Shown here in pieces: positions 46,367 through 57,200 of a stretch of DNA of 64,000 nucleotides. The notes under the pieces were generated by a model. It was not told the DNA's origin. It saw only the letters and a program-made list of their open reading frames with translations, and did no database searches. How positions within the stretch are numbered: position 1 is the stretch's first letter; the number at the start of each line of letters is the position of its first letter. The translations under genes and the position numbers were made by a program. Origin of the DNA: a virus (taxonomy: Duplodnaviria; Caudoviricetes); the IMG/VR virus record IMGVR_UViG_2843857367_000001, positions 24,782 to 88,781 of that record; one strand, written 5' to 3'.

Positions 46367-46712
46367 GGGCGCGGGCGACCTTCGCCATCGGGTGAAGTTC
46401 CAGCGGCGGCCGATCGACGGCGACGACGGCTACGGCAACCCCGAAGGTGACTTCGCCGACCTGGGCATTGTGCGGTCGGCCAGCCTGACCCCGACGCGCG
46501 GCGGCGAGGACGTTCAGGCGGGACGCGTTACCGGAAAGGCGTCGTGGGACTGCTGGGTCAGGAACGACAGCGGCACGCGCCAGATCACCACGAGCGACCG
46601 CGTGGTGGACGCTCGCGACCCGAGCCGCATCTTCAACATCCGCTTCATCGGCGACATGGACGGCGACCGCACGTGGTTGCTGATGCAACTGGAGAGCGGG
46701 GTCGCGACGTGA
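46353..46712 (+). CDS. Head closure/adaptor protein
   Basis: GAGDLRHRVKFQ, DDGYGN. Confidence 0.8.
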   Translation: MPKPKGAGDLRHRVKFQRRPIDGDDGYGNPEGDFADLGIVRSASLTPTRGGEDVQAGRVTGKASWDCWVRNDSGTRQITTSDRVVDARDPSRIFNIRFIGDMDGDRTWLLMQLESGVAT

Positions 46713-47116
46713 GCGAGGACATCGAGGGGCTTAACCGCCTGATGGCCCGGTTCGCCGCGATGCCGGCAAATGTGCGCAAGCGGGCCGGCCAGCAGGCGTT
46801 CATGGGCGCTGAGGACATGGTCGCGACGATGAAGTCCATCGCCCCGCGCGACGACGGCGAGGACGGCGACCAGAAGCTGGTGGATCATATCTACCAGGAG
46901 GAAGGGCGGCTCGGAGACATCTCCTACGTCGTCATCAGCGACGCCAAGGACAGCAAAGGACGGCCGAAAGCTCCGCGTGTCGAGCTGGGGCACGTCGCGG
47001 AGGATGGAACGCAGGTGCCGGCCGTGCCCCACTTCTACCCGGTCGTCCGGACCTTGGGCCCGAAGATCAAGCGCCGTATCGCCAGCGCCGTGTCGCGGGA
47101 GCTTCGCAAGAAATGA
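46709..47116 (+). CDS. HK97 gp10-like neck protein
   Basis: IEGLNRL, APR, VELG, PHFYP. Confidence 0.75.
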   Translation: MSEDIEGLNRLMARFAAMPANVRKRAGQQAFMGAEDMVATMKSIAPRDDGEDGDQKLVDHIYQEEGRLGDISYVVISDAKDSKGRPKAPRVELGHVAEDGTQVPAVPHFYPVVRTLGPKIKRRIASAVSRELRKK

Positions 47117-47538
47117 TCGACGGACAACTGGAGCTGCAGGGCGCCATCAACGCCACGGTGCGCGGATCGGCCGTCATGGACGGGCTGATCGGCAAGCGCA
47201 TCTATGACCAGGTCCCGGCGGACGAGACCGGGCGGGTTTCAGACGACCTCTTCCCATATGTGTCGTTCGGCCCGATGACCTCTGGCGACGACGGCGACCA
47301 ATGCCACGACCTGGTGTCGATCTCCGTCCAGCTGGACTGCTGGTCGCGCGCTGTGGGCTGGCCCGAAGTAAAGCGGATCGCAGCGGCCTTGGTGAAGCTG
47401 CTGAACGACAAGATCGCGGTGCCCGGCTTCACCGTCGTCATTCACGAAGTGGAGCGGGTGCTTTCGACCCGTGAGGCGGACCGGCGGACCAGCCGTGTGG
47501 CCATCCACCTTCGCTACCGGCTGGCGCCCCGCGCCTGA
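47113..47538 (+). CDS. Tail terminator (DUF3168)
   Basis: RIYDQVP, FPYVSFG, QLDCWSR. Confidence 0.85.
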   Translation: MIDGQLELQGAINATVRGSAVMDGLIGKRIYDQVPADETGRVSDDLFPYVSFGPMTSGDDGDQCHDLVSISVQLDCWSRAVGWPEVKRIAAALVKLLNDKIAVPGFTVVIHEVERVLSTREADRRTSRVAIHLRYRLAPRA

Positions 47539-47604
47539 TCCCCGAGCAACCGCTCAACCCTGAACCGCCCCTGACCGGGCGGCGCTTTCACATGGAGAAC
47601 CGCT

Positions 47605-48045
47605 ATGGCGGAACCTGAATACGTTGAGGTCGTCTCGGGCGAGTCGATCCTTGTCCAAATCGGCAATGGCGCTGACCCCGAGGTCTTCGCGCACGATTGC
47701 ATGATCAACGGCTCGCGCTCTTTCGAGCGTACTGCGTCAGTGACCGAGCAGAGCATTCCCCGCTGCGACGACCCTTCCCAACCCGACAAGATCGTGCGCC
47801 GTGTCGACAGCACCGACAGCACCATCGGCGGCAACTTCAAGGTCCACGCCTCTTCTATGCTGGCCTGGATGCAGCGCGTCGGACAGACGGTGAACGTGCG
47901 TGTTCGTCAGGCTGGCGTGTGGCGCGTCGCCGGCGCCTACATCCTGCAATCGTTCAGCGTTGAGGCTGAGGCTCGGGGCTACGCCACCGGCTCGATGAAC
48001 ATGGTGCAGGCTGACGAGCCGACCATCGGCGCGGACGTTCCGTAA
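47605..48045 (+). CDS. Major tail tube protein
   Basis: IGNGADPEVF, PRCDDP; position in tail operon. Confidence 0.8.
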   Translation: MAEPEYVEVVSGESILVQIGNGADPEVFAHDCMINGSRSFERTASVTEQSIPRCDDPSQPDKIVRRVDSTDSTIGGNFKVHASSMLAWMQRVGQTVNVRVRQAGVWRVAGAYILQSFSVEAEARGYATGSMNMVQADEPTIGADVP

Positions 48046-48497
48046 TGAGCCGCTCCGCCAAGGCCCGCGCCCCATTCGGCGACAGCGTTTATGACTTCCG
48101 GCTGACCATCGGCCAGTTGGAGGAGTTGCAGGAACTGACCGATGCCGGGCCGGAGGAGATCTTTCAAAGGATCTCTGAGGGTCGCTGGCGGCTGGCGGAC
48201 CTGCGCCAAACGCTTCGCCTGGCGTTGATCGGCGGCGGCGTCGATCAGTTCAAGGCGCTGGGCCTGGTCGAGCGCTACGCCGGGCCGGGAGACTTCCTGG
48301 CCTTGAAGCCGCTGTGCCTGTCCATCATCGCCGCCGCTCTGGTGGGCGCTCCTGACGAAGACAAACCGAAGGGGGAGATGGAGGGGGAGACGAACCGCTC
48401 CCCCGACGAAAGCTCCGGTTCGGAAACTTCTACGCGATCGGCGGCGCCATCGGCCTCTCGCCCGAAGCGGTCGCGCAAACCTCGATCTGGAGACTGA
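48045..48497 (+). CDS. Tail assembly chaperone; -1 frameshift extension to 48601
   Basis: FRLTIGQLEELQE...LIGGG; G GGG GAG at 48371 and 48383. Confidence 0.8.
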   Translation: MSRSAKARAPFGDSVYDFRLTIGQLEELQELTDAGPEEIFQRISEGRWRLADLRQTLRLALIGGGVDQFKALGLVERYAGPGDFLALKPLCLSIIAAALVGAPDEDKPKGEMEGETNRSPDESSGSETSTRSAAPSASRPKRSRKPRSGD

Positions 48498-48657
48498 TGC
48501 GAGCCTATGACGGCTGGTTGAAGGCTCAGGGCGCGGAGAGCAAGGAAGGCCCGCCGTCCGATGCCGAGTTTGAGGCGGCCGTGAAGGCGGCGCGGGGATA
48601 GGCCTTCCCCGAGGGCGGCTGCCAAAATATGCTCCTGCGAATGAGCGGGAGGGTTCC

Positions 48658-49014
48658 TTGAAAAAGATCGCGATCTTGTCGTTGGCTTTTCTCGCAGGTT
48701 GCGGCTCGGCGCTGGACATCCGCGACGCGAAAGAGGCCGTGAAAGACACGCTTCGAGACCCGGGGTCTGCAGAGTTTAGGCACGTAAGAGTGGTTCGGCA
48801 GGATGGGCAGCCACGAGTGGTCTGCGGAGAGTTCAACGGCAAGAACGCTTTCGGCGGGTACGTTGGCTTTCGCGACTTCTATTATCGAGACGGTTATCTG
48901 CGCGTGGGCAGTGAGGTCGGCGATGCCTCGCGCTCACTAGCGGAGATCGAGGACAGCACGAGATTCATTCGTGAGCACGCGCGGCTGTGTTTGGGGCTGG
49001 ATGTGCAGCCGTAA
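48658..49014 (+). CDS. Lipoprotein (moron)
   Basis: LAGC lipobox; LRDPGSAEF, VCGEFNGKNAFGGYVG. Confidence 0.8.
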   Translation: MKKIAILSLAFLAGCGSALDIRDAKEAVKDTLRDPGSAEFRHVRVVRQDGQPRVVCGEFNGKNAFGGYVGFRDFYYRDGYLRVGSEVGDASRSLAEIEDSTRFIREHARLCLGLDVQP

Positions 49015-49039
49015 GCGGCAGGCAGTCTGAAGGTGTAAC

Positions 49040-49067
49040 GGGCGGTTCTTTCGGAGCCGCCCTTTTT
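49040..49067 (+). terminator. Intrinsic terminator
   Basis: GGGCGGTTC/GAGCCGCCC stem followed by TTTTT. Confidence 0.75.
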
Positions 49068-49081
49068 CATGGGCGGTGTGC

Positions 49082-52036
49082 ATGGCCGAAGAGATTGATC
49101 GGCTGCTGGTTCGCATTGAGGCGAACGCGACGCAGTTCGAAGCGACCATCAAGAAGATGAACCGCTCGCTCCATGGCGCCCAGGCTGAGACCCGGCGATC
49201 CATGGCGGAAATCCAGAAGAGCGTCGATGGCGCATCGATGGGCATCCGTCGCTCGGCGCTGATGGCGACCTCAGCCCTGGCGGCCCTCGGTGTCAGCTTT
49301 GGCGCTGCCCAGCTGGTCAAGGACTTCCGGGAGGGCGAAGAGGCCGCCAAGCGGCTGGAAGCCGTTTTGAAGACGACGGGCCACGCCGCCGGCCTGACTT
49401 ACGGGCAGATCGCGTCCTGGGCGCGAGAGCTGGAAGAAGAGACTGGGCGCTCGGCCACTGAAATCCAGAACGCAGCGGCGCAGCTGGCAACCTTCACCTC
49501 AATCGGCCGGAGAGAGTTCACCGAGGCCATTGAGGTCGCCAATGACATGGCGGCCGTATTCGGCGGCGATCTGAAATCCAATCTGGACGCTGTGGCGCGG
49601 GCGCTGGACGATCCCATCGAAGGCTTCGCCAATCTGCGGAAGCGCGGGTTCGCGCTGACCGACGCAGAACTGAAGCGCGCCGAGGCGCATATGAAGGCCG
49701 GTCGCAGCGCCGAAGCGCAACAGGTCGTTTTGAAGAACCTGTCGTCTCAGGTCGACGGCACTGCCAAGGCCGTCAACACCGGTCTGACGAAATCCCTGAA
49801 CGACCTTCAGCGTCAGGCGGGAGACACATTCAAGCAGATGGCCGATCAGCGGGGAACAGCCGCCGCTATCGCCGCCGTCGACCTGGCGACGAAGGGCCTC
49901 GGGTTCCTCGGCGACAATATGGATACGGTGCTGGATGCCGCCCAGGCGCTGGCTGTATTCCTCGCGACCCGTTACGCGGCCAGCGTCGGGATCGCGACGG
50001 CGGCGCAGCTTGCAAATGCAGCCTCGCTTGTGCGGACAAAGGGGGCTGTGGACGCTCTGTCGGCCGCTATGGCCAAGAACCCCTTTGGCCTGGCCGCCCT
50101 CGCCGTCGCCGGTTTGGTGACCGGCCTCGTGATGCTGGCGAAGGCCCAGTCTACGGCAGAGATCACCGCGAAGGCCCACGCCAAGGCGCAGGCGGAAATA
50201 GCGCCTGCCACCAGCCAGTTGGAGAAGCTGGTCCGGAAACTGGCCGCCGCGAATGATGAAGAGACGGCGAGCATTCGCCGGAAGATAGACGCCCTGCTCG
50301 CCGAGGAGCGGCTCAAGGCGCAGATGAAGCGGAACGCCTATCTGGAGGCGAAGGCTGAAGTCGCGTCGAAGCCCGTCACGACCTATTCGCAATCGCTTTC
50401 GATGGGCGGCATCCCGGCGGGCTTCTCACTCTTGCCTGAGGAGCAGCGGCCCACTCAGGTCGGCCCGAACGGCAACCCGATTGATACCGTCCAGGAGACG
50501 ACGGACCTCAAGCGCCTGCGTATTGAGGCAGAGGAAGCCGAAAAGGCCTATCGTGCGCTGGCCGAAACGGCGCAGGAGACCGTCGTCCAGGCGACGACGC
50601 CGCTCGAGTACACTGACAAGGACGAGGCCAAGAACGCCAAGGCGGCTGAACAACGGCGGCGCTTGCTGGAGGACCTGAAGGCCCAGACGGCGCTGGAGGT
50701 GGCGCAGCTGGGCGAACAGGTCGCGCAGGTCCGCGAACTGGAGCGTCAGGCCGAGATCACGGCCCGTATCCGCCAGCTGGAGGACGCCGGGTTCAGCAAG
50801 GCGCAGGCGCGCGCCGAGTCCGCCAAGGTTCAGACCCAGCTGGACAAGGCCCGCGAAGCGGCCATGGAACGCGAAGAGGGTCTGCTGAAGCGCAGTTGGG
50901 ACCTGGACATCGCGCGTCTGGACGAAAGCTGGGACACCGTTCGGGCGATTGAAGAAGAGGTCGAGAAACGCGAACTGATCGCTGCGCTGGCGAAGGTGAC
51001 GGCCGACGAGACGAGCGCCATCGCCAAGGCTGAGAGCATGCTCGCCGCCATCCAGACGGCCCGCGTCGACGCTGCGAAGCGCGGTCTGGACCTCGCCCGC
51101 GAGGAGCACCGCTTGGCCGTCGCCCAGCTGAGCGGCAATCGCGCCCTGACCAAGGAGCTTCAGGATCAGGCCGCCATCCGCGAGCGGACGAAGGCCTATC
51201 AGGCCGAGGGCTACGGCCTCAGCCCGACCGAGGCGGAGCGCCGGGCGACCGACGAAGTGACGCGCGAGCGGAAGGCGGCGACCTATGGCGAGCACCGCGA
51301 GTTGTTCGCCTCGGCGTTCAGCGACGGCATCCGCGCGGCCATGGCGGGCGACCTTCAGGGCTTCTTGTCCAACCAGTTCGGCAACTTCGCCGACACGATG
51401 ATGCAGAAGGCCGGGGAACAGCTTTTCGACAGCATCTTCGGCGGCGTCGACGCGGTGGCCGAGGGAGCGTCTCAAGGCGCTGCGATGGCGGCGACGGTCA
51501 CGCCTGCCATCACAGGCGCCGGCGCGGCGGCCGGGGCGTCGATGGCCGCGTCGATCACGGCGGCCGGGGCAGCGGCCGGAGCCTCGATGGCGGCGGCGAT
51601 CGCAGGAGCCAACATCACCAAGTTCCCGCTGTTCGATCAGGGCGGCTACACCGGTCCAGGCGGTATGAAGCAGGCGGCAGGCATCGTCCACAAGGGCGAG
51701 GTGGTCTTCAGCCAGAAAGACGTCGCCCGTCACGGCGGCCCGGGGGCCGTTGAAGCCCTGCGGCGCGGGATGCCGGGTTATGCGCAAGGCGGCGTAGTCG
51801 GGCGGTCGGTGATCCCCGGCGTCAATGCGGCCGTCAATCGGATGAGCGGCGCCAGCCAGGTCCAGCAGCAACCCGTCATCATCAAGATGGCCGTCGAAGA
51901 AGGCGCGCTGTTCCAGCCCACGATCGAGGCGGTTTCTGGCCGCGTCGCCATCCAGACCACGACCATGGGCGTCGCCACCGTCCAGGACCAACAGCGCACG
52001 AACGCGATGCGCCGCAGACAGAGCCTCGTCGGATGA
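49082..52036 (+). CDS. Tail tape measure protein
   Basis: Long Ala-rich helical protein; FDQGGYTG...AGIVHKGEVV. Confidence 0.92.
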   Translation: MAEEIDRLLVRIEANATQFEATIKKMNRSLHGAQAETRRSMAEIQKSVDGASMGIRRSALMATSALAALGVSFGAAQLVKDFREGEEAAKRLEAVLKTTGHAAGLTYGQIASWARELEEETGRSATEIQNAAAQLATFTSIGRREFTEAIEVANDMAAVFGGDLKSNLDAVARALDDPIEGFANLRKRGFALTDAELKRAEAHMKAGRSAEAQQVVLKNLSSQVDGTAKAVNTGLTKSLNDLQRQAGDTFKQMADQRGTAAAIAAVDLATKGLGFLGDNMDTVLDAAQALAVFLATRYAASVGIATAAQLANAASLVRTKGAVDALSAAMAKNPFGLAALAVAGLVTGLVMLAKAQSTAEITAKAHAKAQAEIAPATSQLEKLVRKLAAANDEETASIRRKIDALLAEERLKAQMKRNAYLEAKAEVASKPVTTYSQSLSMGGIPAGFSLLPEEQRPTQVGPNGNPIDTVQETTDLKRLRIEAEEAEKAYRALAETAQETVVQATTPLEYTDKDEAKNAKAAEQRRRLLEDLKAQTALEVAQLGEQVAQVRELERQAEITARIRQLEDAGFSKAQARAESAKVQTQLDKAREAAMEREEGLLKRSWDLDIARLDESWDTVRAIEEEVEKRELIAALAKVTADETSAIAKAESMLAAIQTARVDAAKRGLDLAREEHRLAVAQLSGNRALTKELQDQAAIRERTKAYQAEGYGLSPTEAERRATDEVTRERKAATYGEHRELFASAFSDGIRAAMAGDLQGFLSNQFGNFADTMMQKAGEQLFDSIFGGVDAVAEGASQGAAMAATVTPAITGAGAAAGASMAASITAAGAAAGASMAAAIAGANITKFPLFDQGGYTGPGGMKQAAGIVHKGEVVFSQKDVARHGGPGAVEALRRGMPGYAQGGVVGRSVIPGVNAAVNRMSGASQVQQQPVIIKMAVEEGALFQPTIEAVSGRVAIQTTTMGVATVQDQQRTNAMRRRQSLVG

Positions 52037-52626
52037 TCGAACTTCCCGCCTGCCCTCCGATCAAGGAGGCGGTCCCGCGCTACGTCAGCTTCGGCGTCGA
52101 TCAGGATCCGATCCTGGGCGGCCCGCAGTCGAAGGTGCTGCGCATGGGGGATCGCTGGGCCATCGACGTGGAGACCTATCCGGCAGAGTACGCCGAGCAC
52201 GGGATGAAGTACCTGTCGCGGCTGGTCCGGGGCCTGAAGGAGACGGTTCGGCTGGCCTTCCCCGAGCCGGGCGTGAAGCCCCGGTCGTATGGGGCGCCGG
52301 TCGTCGCCTCTGCCGGATCGTCAGGCACGGTGCTGCCGGTCAGCGGCCTGATCCCCGGCGACGTGATCAAGGAGGGGAAGTTCTTCTCCATGATCATCGG
52401 CGGCGAGTCCTACCTCTATCAGGTCGCGGTCGCGGACGTGGTCGTCAGCGCTGGCGGCACGGCGACCCTGCAGATCGAGCCGATGCTGCGGCGCCAGCCG
52501 CCAGCCGGAACCGCCCTGGATTTCGAGGCCAAGATCGAGGGCTTCGTGCAGGGCAATGAGCAAGCCTGGAACACGAGCCGGTCGAAGTACCTGCCGTTCC
52601 GCTTCACCATCAAGGAGCGCGCGTAG
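52033..52626 (+). CDS. Distal tail protein
   Basis: ATGA-coupled to TMP; IEPMLR motif. Confidence 0.65.
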   Translation: MIELPACPPIKEAVPRYVSFGVDQDPILGGPQSKVLRMGDRWAIDVETYPAEYAEHGMKYLSRLVRGLKETVRLAFPEPGVKPRSYGAPVVASAGSSGTVLPVSGLIPGDVIKEGKFFSMIIGGESYLYQVAVADVVVSAGGTATLQIEPMLRRQPPAGTALDFEAKIEGFVQGNEQAWNTSRSKYLPFRFTIKERA

Positions 52627-52630
52627 ACAG

Positions 52631-53146
52631 ATGACGGATCAGATGACAATGGTTGGCTGGGGGAAAGCCTTGACGCCAACCGACTATAAAACGCTCGAGG
52701 GCCAGCGCATCCAAGGCCTCATGGCGGCAGTCGCTGCACTGCCTGGCGCGGCTCTGGTCGCAACAGGACCGCAGGGCGCGCCGTTCTTCGCGGCTGCTCT
52801 GGTAGCAATTGCCGCGTCCTTCATGTTCTGGATTTTGACCGACAACATCTACCACTACTCCACCGTGCGCCCTCGGGATCCGGGTGAATGGGACCGCCTG
52901 GTCCGCGCGGGCTTCCGCTACCAATGGTCGTGCGTCGGGTACGGCGCTGCGTCGATCATGCTGAGCATGTTTGGCTTCGCTGGCCAGCACACTGGGATTG
53001 TTGGTCCTTTGTCGGTCGCGACCGGTTTCGTCCTTGCACTGGGCTTCTTCGTCATCGCGATCTCGCATGTCGTCTGGTCTTCCCATGAGCGAAACCAGAT
53101 TGGGAATCAGGTGCGAGCTGCCGCCCAGGCCAACCGCACCGCCTAA
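52631..53146 (+). CDS. Four-TM membrane protein (moron)
   Basis: Four hydrophobic segments; interrupts tail genes. Confidence 0.65.
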   Translation: MTDQMTMVGWGKALTPTDYKTLEGQRIQGLMAAVAALPGAALVATGPQGAPFFAAALVAIAASFMFWILTDNIYHYSTVRPRDPGEWDRLVRAGFRYQWSCVGYGAASIMLSMFGFAGQHTGIVGPLSVATGFVLALGFFVIAISHVVWSSHERNQIGNQVRAAAQANRTA

Positions 53147-53213
53147 CCACATCACATCATCAGCCTGACGCCTCGTTCGCGGGGCGCTCCGCCGTGTCTG
53201 AACGGAGGACTGC

Positions 53214-53873
53214 ATGTCCATGTCTCCGGCCATGCTGGCCGCGCTCCAGTCCCGCAATCCGCTGCTGGTCCACCTGCTGAAGATCGAACTGCCCTCTAAG
53301 ACGATCCGGCTGGTGGATGGCTCAGGCTTCGTGCTGTGGGGCGGGGAGTCGTACACGGCCGAGGACGCGGACTTCGGCAAGATCGCGGGCTTCGGCGAGT
53401 TCACCGAGGCTGAGGGGACCGAGGCGCCCCGTCAGACGGTGCAACTGCTCCCAACCGGCAACGCCGCCATCGCCGCCCTGACCGCGCCCAACGCCCAGGG
53501 CTCGTCCGTCACCATCTACGCCGCCGCCATCGATCGGCAGACGGGCCAGGTCATTGGCGAACCGGACGTCCGCTTTGTCGGTGAGTTGGACGACGCCGGG
53601 TTCAACCATGCTCAGAACTCGTCGCTGCTGGAACTGGAACTGGCGACGATCTGGGAGCGCCTGTTCGACGACAACGAGGGGCATCGTTGGAACGACGCCT
53701 TCTGGACGTACCTGTTCGGCTCGGGCGCCCGCGCCTTCCAGCACGTCACCAACGCCGGCCAGAAGATGTTCTGGGGCTACAACGGCCCGTCCTCGGGTTC
53801 GGGCGGATCATACGGCGGCGGCAACGGCTCCATCGGCGGCGGCAACGACCACGCGAGATACGACCAAGTATGA
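53214..53873 (+). CDS. Minor tail protein
   Basis: GGAGG RBS; position. Confidence 0.65.
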   Translation: MSMSPAMLAALQSRNPLLVHLLKIELPSKTIRLVDGSGFVLWGGESYTAEDADFGKIAGFGEFTEAEGTEAPRQTVQLLPTGNAAIAALTAPNAQGSSVTIYAAAIDRQTGQVIGEPDVRFVGELDDAGFNHAQNSSLLELELATIWERLFDDNEGHRWNDAFWTYLFGSGARAFQHVTNAGQKMFWGYNGPSSGSGGSYGGGNGSIGGGNDHARYDQV

Positions 53874-54286
53874 CAGAGCTAGAACTGCGGGTGGCCGCCA
53901 CGAACGCCACCTTCGCCCGTTTCAACGGCCAGACGTTCGTTCTCGGGTCGATGGACTGCGCCCGTATGGCGGCGTTTCACCTGAAGCAGATGGGGTTCAA
54001 GCCCTCGCTGCTGAAGGGCGGAGCCTACAGCACGCCCGTTGGCGCCCGCCGCGCCCTGAAGAAGTTGGGCGTGTCCTCGCTGGCCGAGATCATGGACCAG
54101 CACTTTCCCCGCTGGAACGCCCGAGCCGAGGCCCGCACCGGAGATATCTGCTGCGTCCCCGGCCTCGGCGGCATGGGAGACGCCATGCAGATCGTCCTGC
54201 ACCGCAACCACGTCTTCGGGCCGCACGAGGGCGTCTTCGCCGAACTCGTCGCCATTGAACCCGGCATCGCCTGGAGGGTCGTTTAA
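53870..54286 (+). CDS. Tail tip protein, NlpC/P60-like
   Basis: GSMDCA, ARTGDI, AWRV. Confidence 0.65.
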   Translation: MTELELRVAATNATFARFNGQTFVLGSMDCARMAAFHLKQMGFKPSLLKGGAYSTPVGARRALKKLGVSSLAEIMDQHFPRWNARAEARTGDICCVPGLGGMGDAMQIVLHRNHVFGPHEGVFAELVAIEPGIAWRVV

Positions 54287-57200
54287 TGCCCGAGCCCATC
54301 AGCGCCACCGTCGCCTTCGTCACGGCCGCCTACTCTTCCGCCGTGGCCGCGACTGCAACGGTCCTGGGTGCGATGGGCACGGTTGGAGCTCTGGGCATGG
54401 GCGGCACCTATGCGCTGGCCGGCGCCATCGTTAAGGGCGGCGTGATGCTCGGCTTGTCCGCAGCCTCTGCGGCGCTGCTGCGTCCCAACACGCCGTCCAG
54501 CGGCACCACGCTCGACTTCAAGCCCGACCCCAAGGCTCCCATCCGAGGCGCGATGGGTTACACGGCGCTGGGCGGCAACAAGGTGTTCCAGGCGACGTGG
54601 GGCTACAAGCGTGTCGCCATGTCATTGGGCGTGGCGCTGTCGCTCGGCCCGATCGATCAGGTCCCGCGCTTTGAGGCGGACGGCGCGACCGTCACATTCA
54701 GCGGCCCGCAGAACGAGGCGACCGGCTTCTACGCGGCCGACATGTGGCAGCGGACGACGCTGGGCCTGCCCGGCGATGCGGCCCTGCTGCCTCCGACGGG
54801 CCTGAAGTACGGCAACCCCGGCCTGACGGGCTGGGGCACGCAGCACGCGGCGCCGCAGACCGCATTCTCCTTCTGGACGATGGTGCTGGCGAAGAACCCG
54901 GAGGACCGGGACGTCTTCACCAACGGCGTCCCCGATCCGCGCTGGATCGGCCGCTGGATGAAGCTGTGGGACCCGCGCAAGGATTCGACCTATCCGGGCG
55001 GCAGCGGCCCCCAGCGCCGGGATGACTGGCGCACGTGGGAGTGGAGCGAAAGCCCCTATGTCCACGCGCTGGCCTGGTGCCGGGGTCACTACAAGCTGAA
55101 CCTGGACGGCACGATCGACCGCACGAAGCGGATCGCGGGCATCGGGGCGCCTGACGCCGCGATCGATATCCCGGCCTTCGTCGAGGGCATGAACGTCGCC
55201 CAGGCCAACAACTGGACGATCTCGGGCGAGTGGTCGACGTCGGACGGCAAGTTCCAGACCCTGCTGGCCATGCTTCAGGCCGGCGGCGGAGAGCCGATCA
55301 GCCGCGGCGCGCAGATCAGCGTCGTGGTCAACGCCCCGCGCGTCGCCACCTACTCCTACACCCGGGACGACCTGATCGGGCAGGCCGAGATCCGGCCGCT
55401 GACGCCGCGCCGCGAGCGCAAGAACACCATTGTCCCGCGCTACAAGTCGGAGGCGAACGGCTGGCAGTACGTCCCGGCCGGCGAGGTCACGTCGTCCGTC
55501 TATCGCGATGAGGACCGGGGCGAGCCGCGCTCTCTGGAGATCGAGTACACCCACGTCCGCAACGCCAAGCAGGCGGGGCAGCTGGCCGCCTATGACCTGG
55601 CGAACCTGCGCGAGGGCCTGACGGCGACTTTGCCGTCCAAGGTTCACCTGATGCACGTCCATCCGGGCGACTGCATCACGGTGGACGTGCCTGAGCTGGC
55701 GCTGGCCGGTCAGAAGTTCGTCGTCCGCCGCGCCACGGTGAACCACCAGGCCGCGAGCGTGACGCTGGAGCTGCGTTCAGAGAGCGACGGCAAGCACGCC
55801 TGGGCTCTGGGGCAGGCTGCGCAACCGGCGCCGTCGCCCAGCCTGTCGGCCGTCGATCCCAAGTACGTCCCGCCGCCCGCGCCTGAAGACTGGACGGTCG
55901 TGCCCAAGCCGCCGGGTGGAGGCGGGATCTCGCAGCCGATCGTCATCATCGAACTGCCGATCGAGACGACGGACATTGTCGCGGTCATCATCAAGCACGG
56001 GCCGAGCGCGGCGGGGCCATGGACGGATGGCTATGAGGGCTCACCTCGACCCGACGGCCGTTATGAGGTCGCCGGACTGACGCCGGGGCAGACCTACTGC
56101 TTCTCGCTCCAGTTCATGGCGAAGAACGGCGCCAAGAGTGAACCGGACAGCAAGTGCGGAATCGTCGCGGGCGATCTGACGGCCGGCAACGTCATTCCTA
56201 CCGCCCCGACCATCGTCAGCATCAGGAACGACATAGAGGCGGCCTTCGGCGACATCTTCGACGTATCGGAGCTGCTCGCCGATGCCCGGACCCAGCTGGA
56301 CGCCCAGGGCGCGGAGATCGCAGCGGCGCGGGCAGGGGAGGCCAACCTCAGTGCCCGGATCGCCGGTGTGAACCAGGCCCGCATCGACGGCGACGAGGCC
56401 AACGCCCTGGCTATCAGCGGCGTCGCGGCTCGGACGGCCAACACCGAGGCCGATATCATCGACCTTGAGAACGCCCTGGCAAATGAGACGACGGCACGGG
56501 CGGAGGCGGTTCAGCAGGTCACTGCTCGGCAAAGGGCAGCGCCGAACCTGCTGCCACCCATTCGCGCTTGGCCCTTCTTCGGAGGGGCTTGGGTCGATGA
56601 CAACTACCCGACCCTCGGCGATTACACATTCTCCACGGCTCCCGGTTCCTTCCGGTATTTCGACGTAGCCATTGAGGCGGGGGCGCCTTTCGTCGTCAGC
56701 ATCGAGGGCGCCTCAGGCAACGGGTCTCGGGTGCAAGTCGAGTATCACGGCGCCAGCGGATACATTGCAGATAGCGGTATAGACCTTCGGGCGTTCACCT
56801 GGGGGCAGCGGGTCGAGGCGACCTTCGCTGCCCCAGTCGGGTTGGGAATCACGAAAGCGCGGGTGCTTCTTCAGAACTTCACGACTGCTTCCTGGGCGAG
56901 GGCGATGCTTCAGCCCGGCAGCATCAGCACCAGCTATCGTGAAGACGCGGCCGTTTCGAGCCTTGGGGCCACCGTCACAGAGCAGTCCCTCGCCATCGTC
57001 GATCTGGAGAACCAGCAAGCCATAGCTACCTGGCGCATCAAGTCGGAGGCGTCAGGCAGCAAGCCCGCAATCATCGAGGCTGTATCGGCTCTGGGGGGCG
57101 CGTATGTGGCCTTCGGCGCGGAGCAGATTTATTTCGGCGGCAATACCGTCTTCGACGATGCGACAGACACCTGGCAGACTGTCGAGGGATCGACCGTTTA

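Noticed and set aside
51470-51610. Tandem GAAAGASMAA repeats
   Set aside because: Ordinary coding repeats within the tape measure protein
50426-51991. 521-aa minus-strand ORF (also 43894-45186 and 21906-23156)
   Set aside because: Antisense shadows of TMP, capsid and recombinase genes, typical of high-GC DNA
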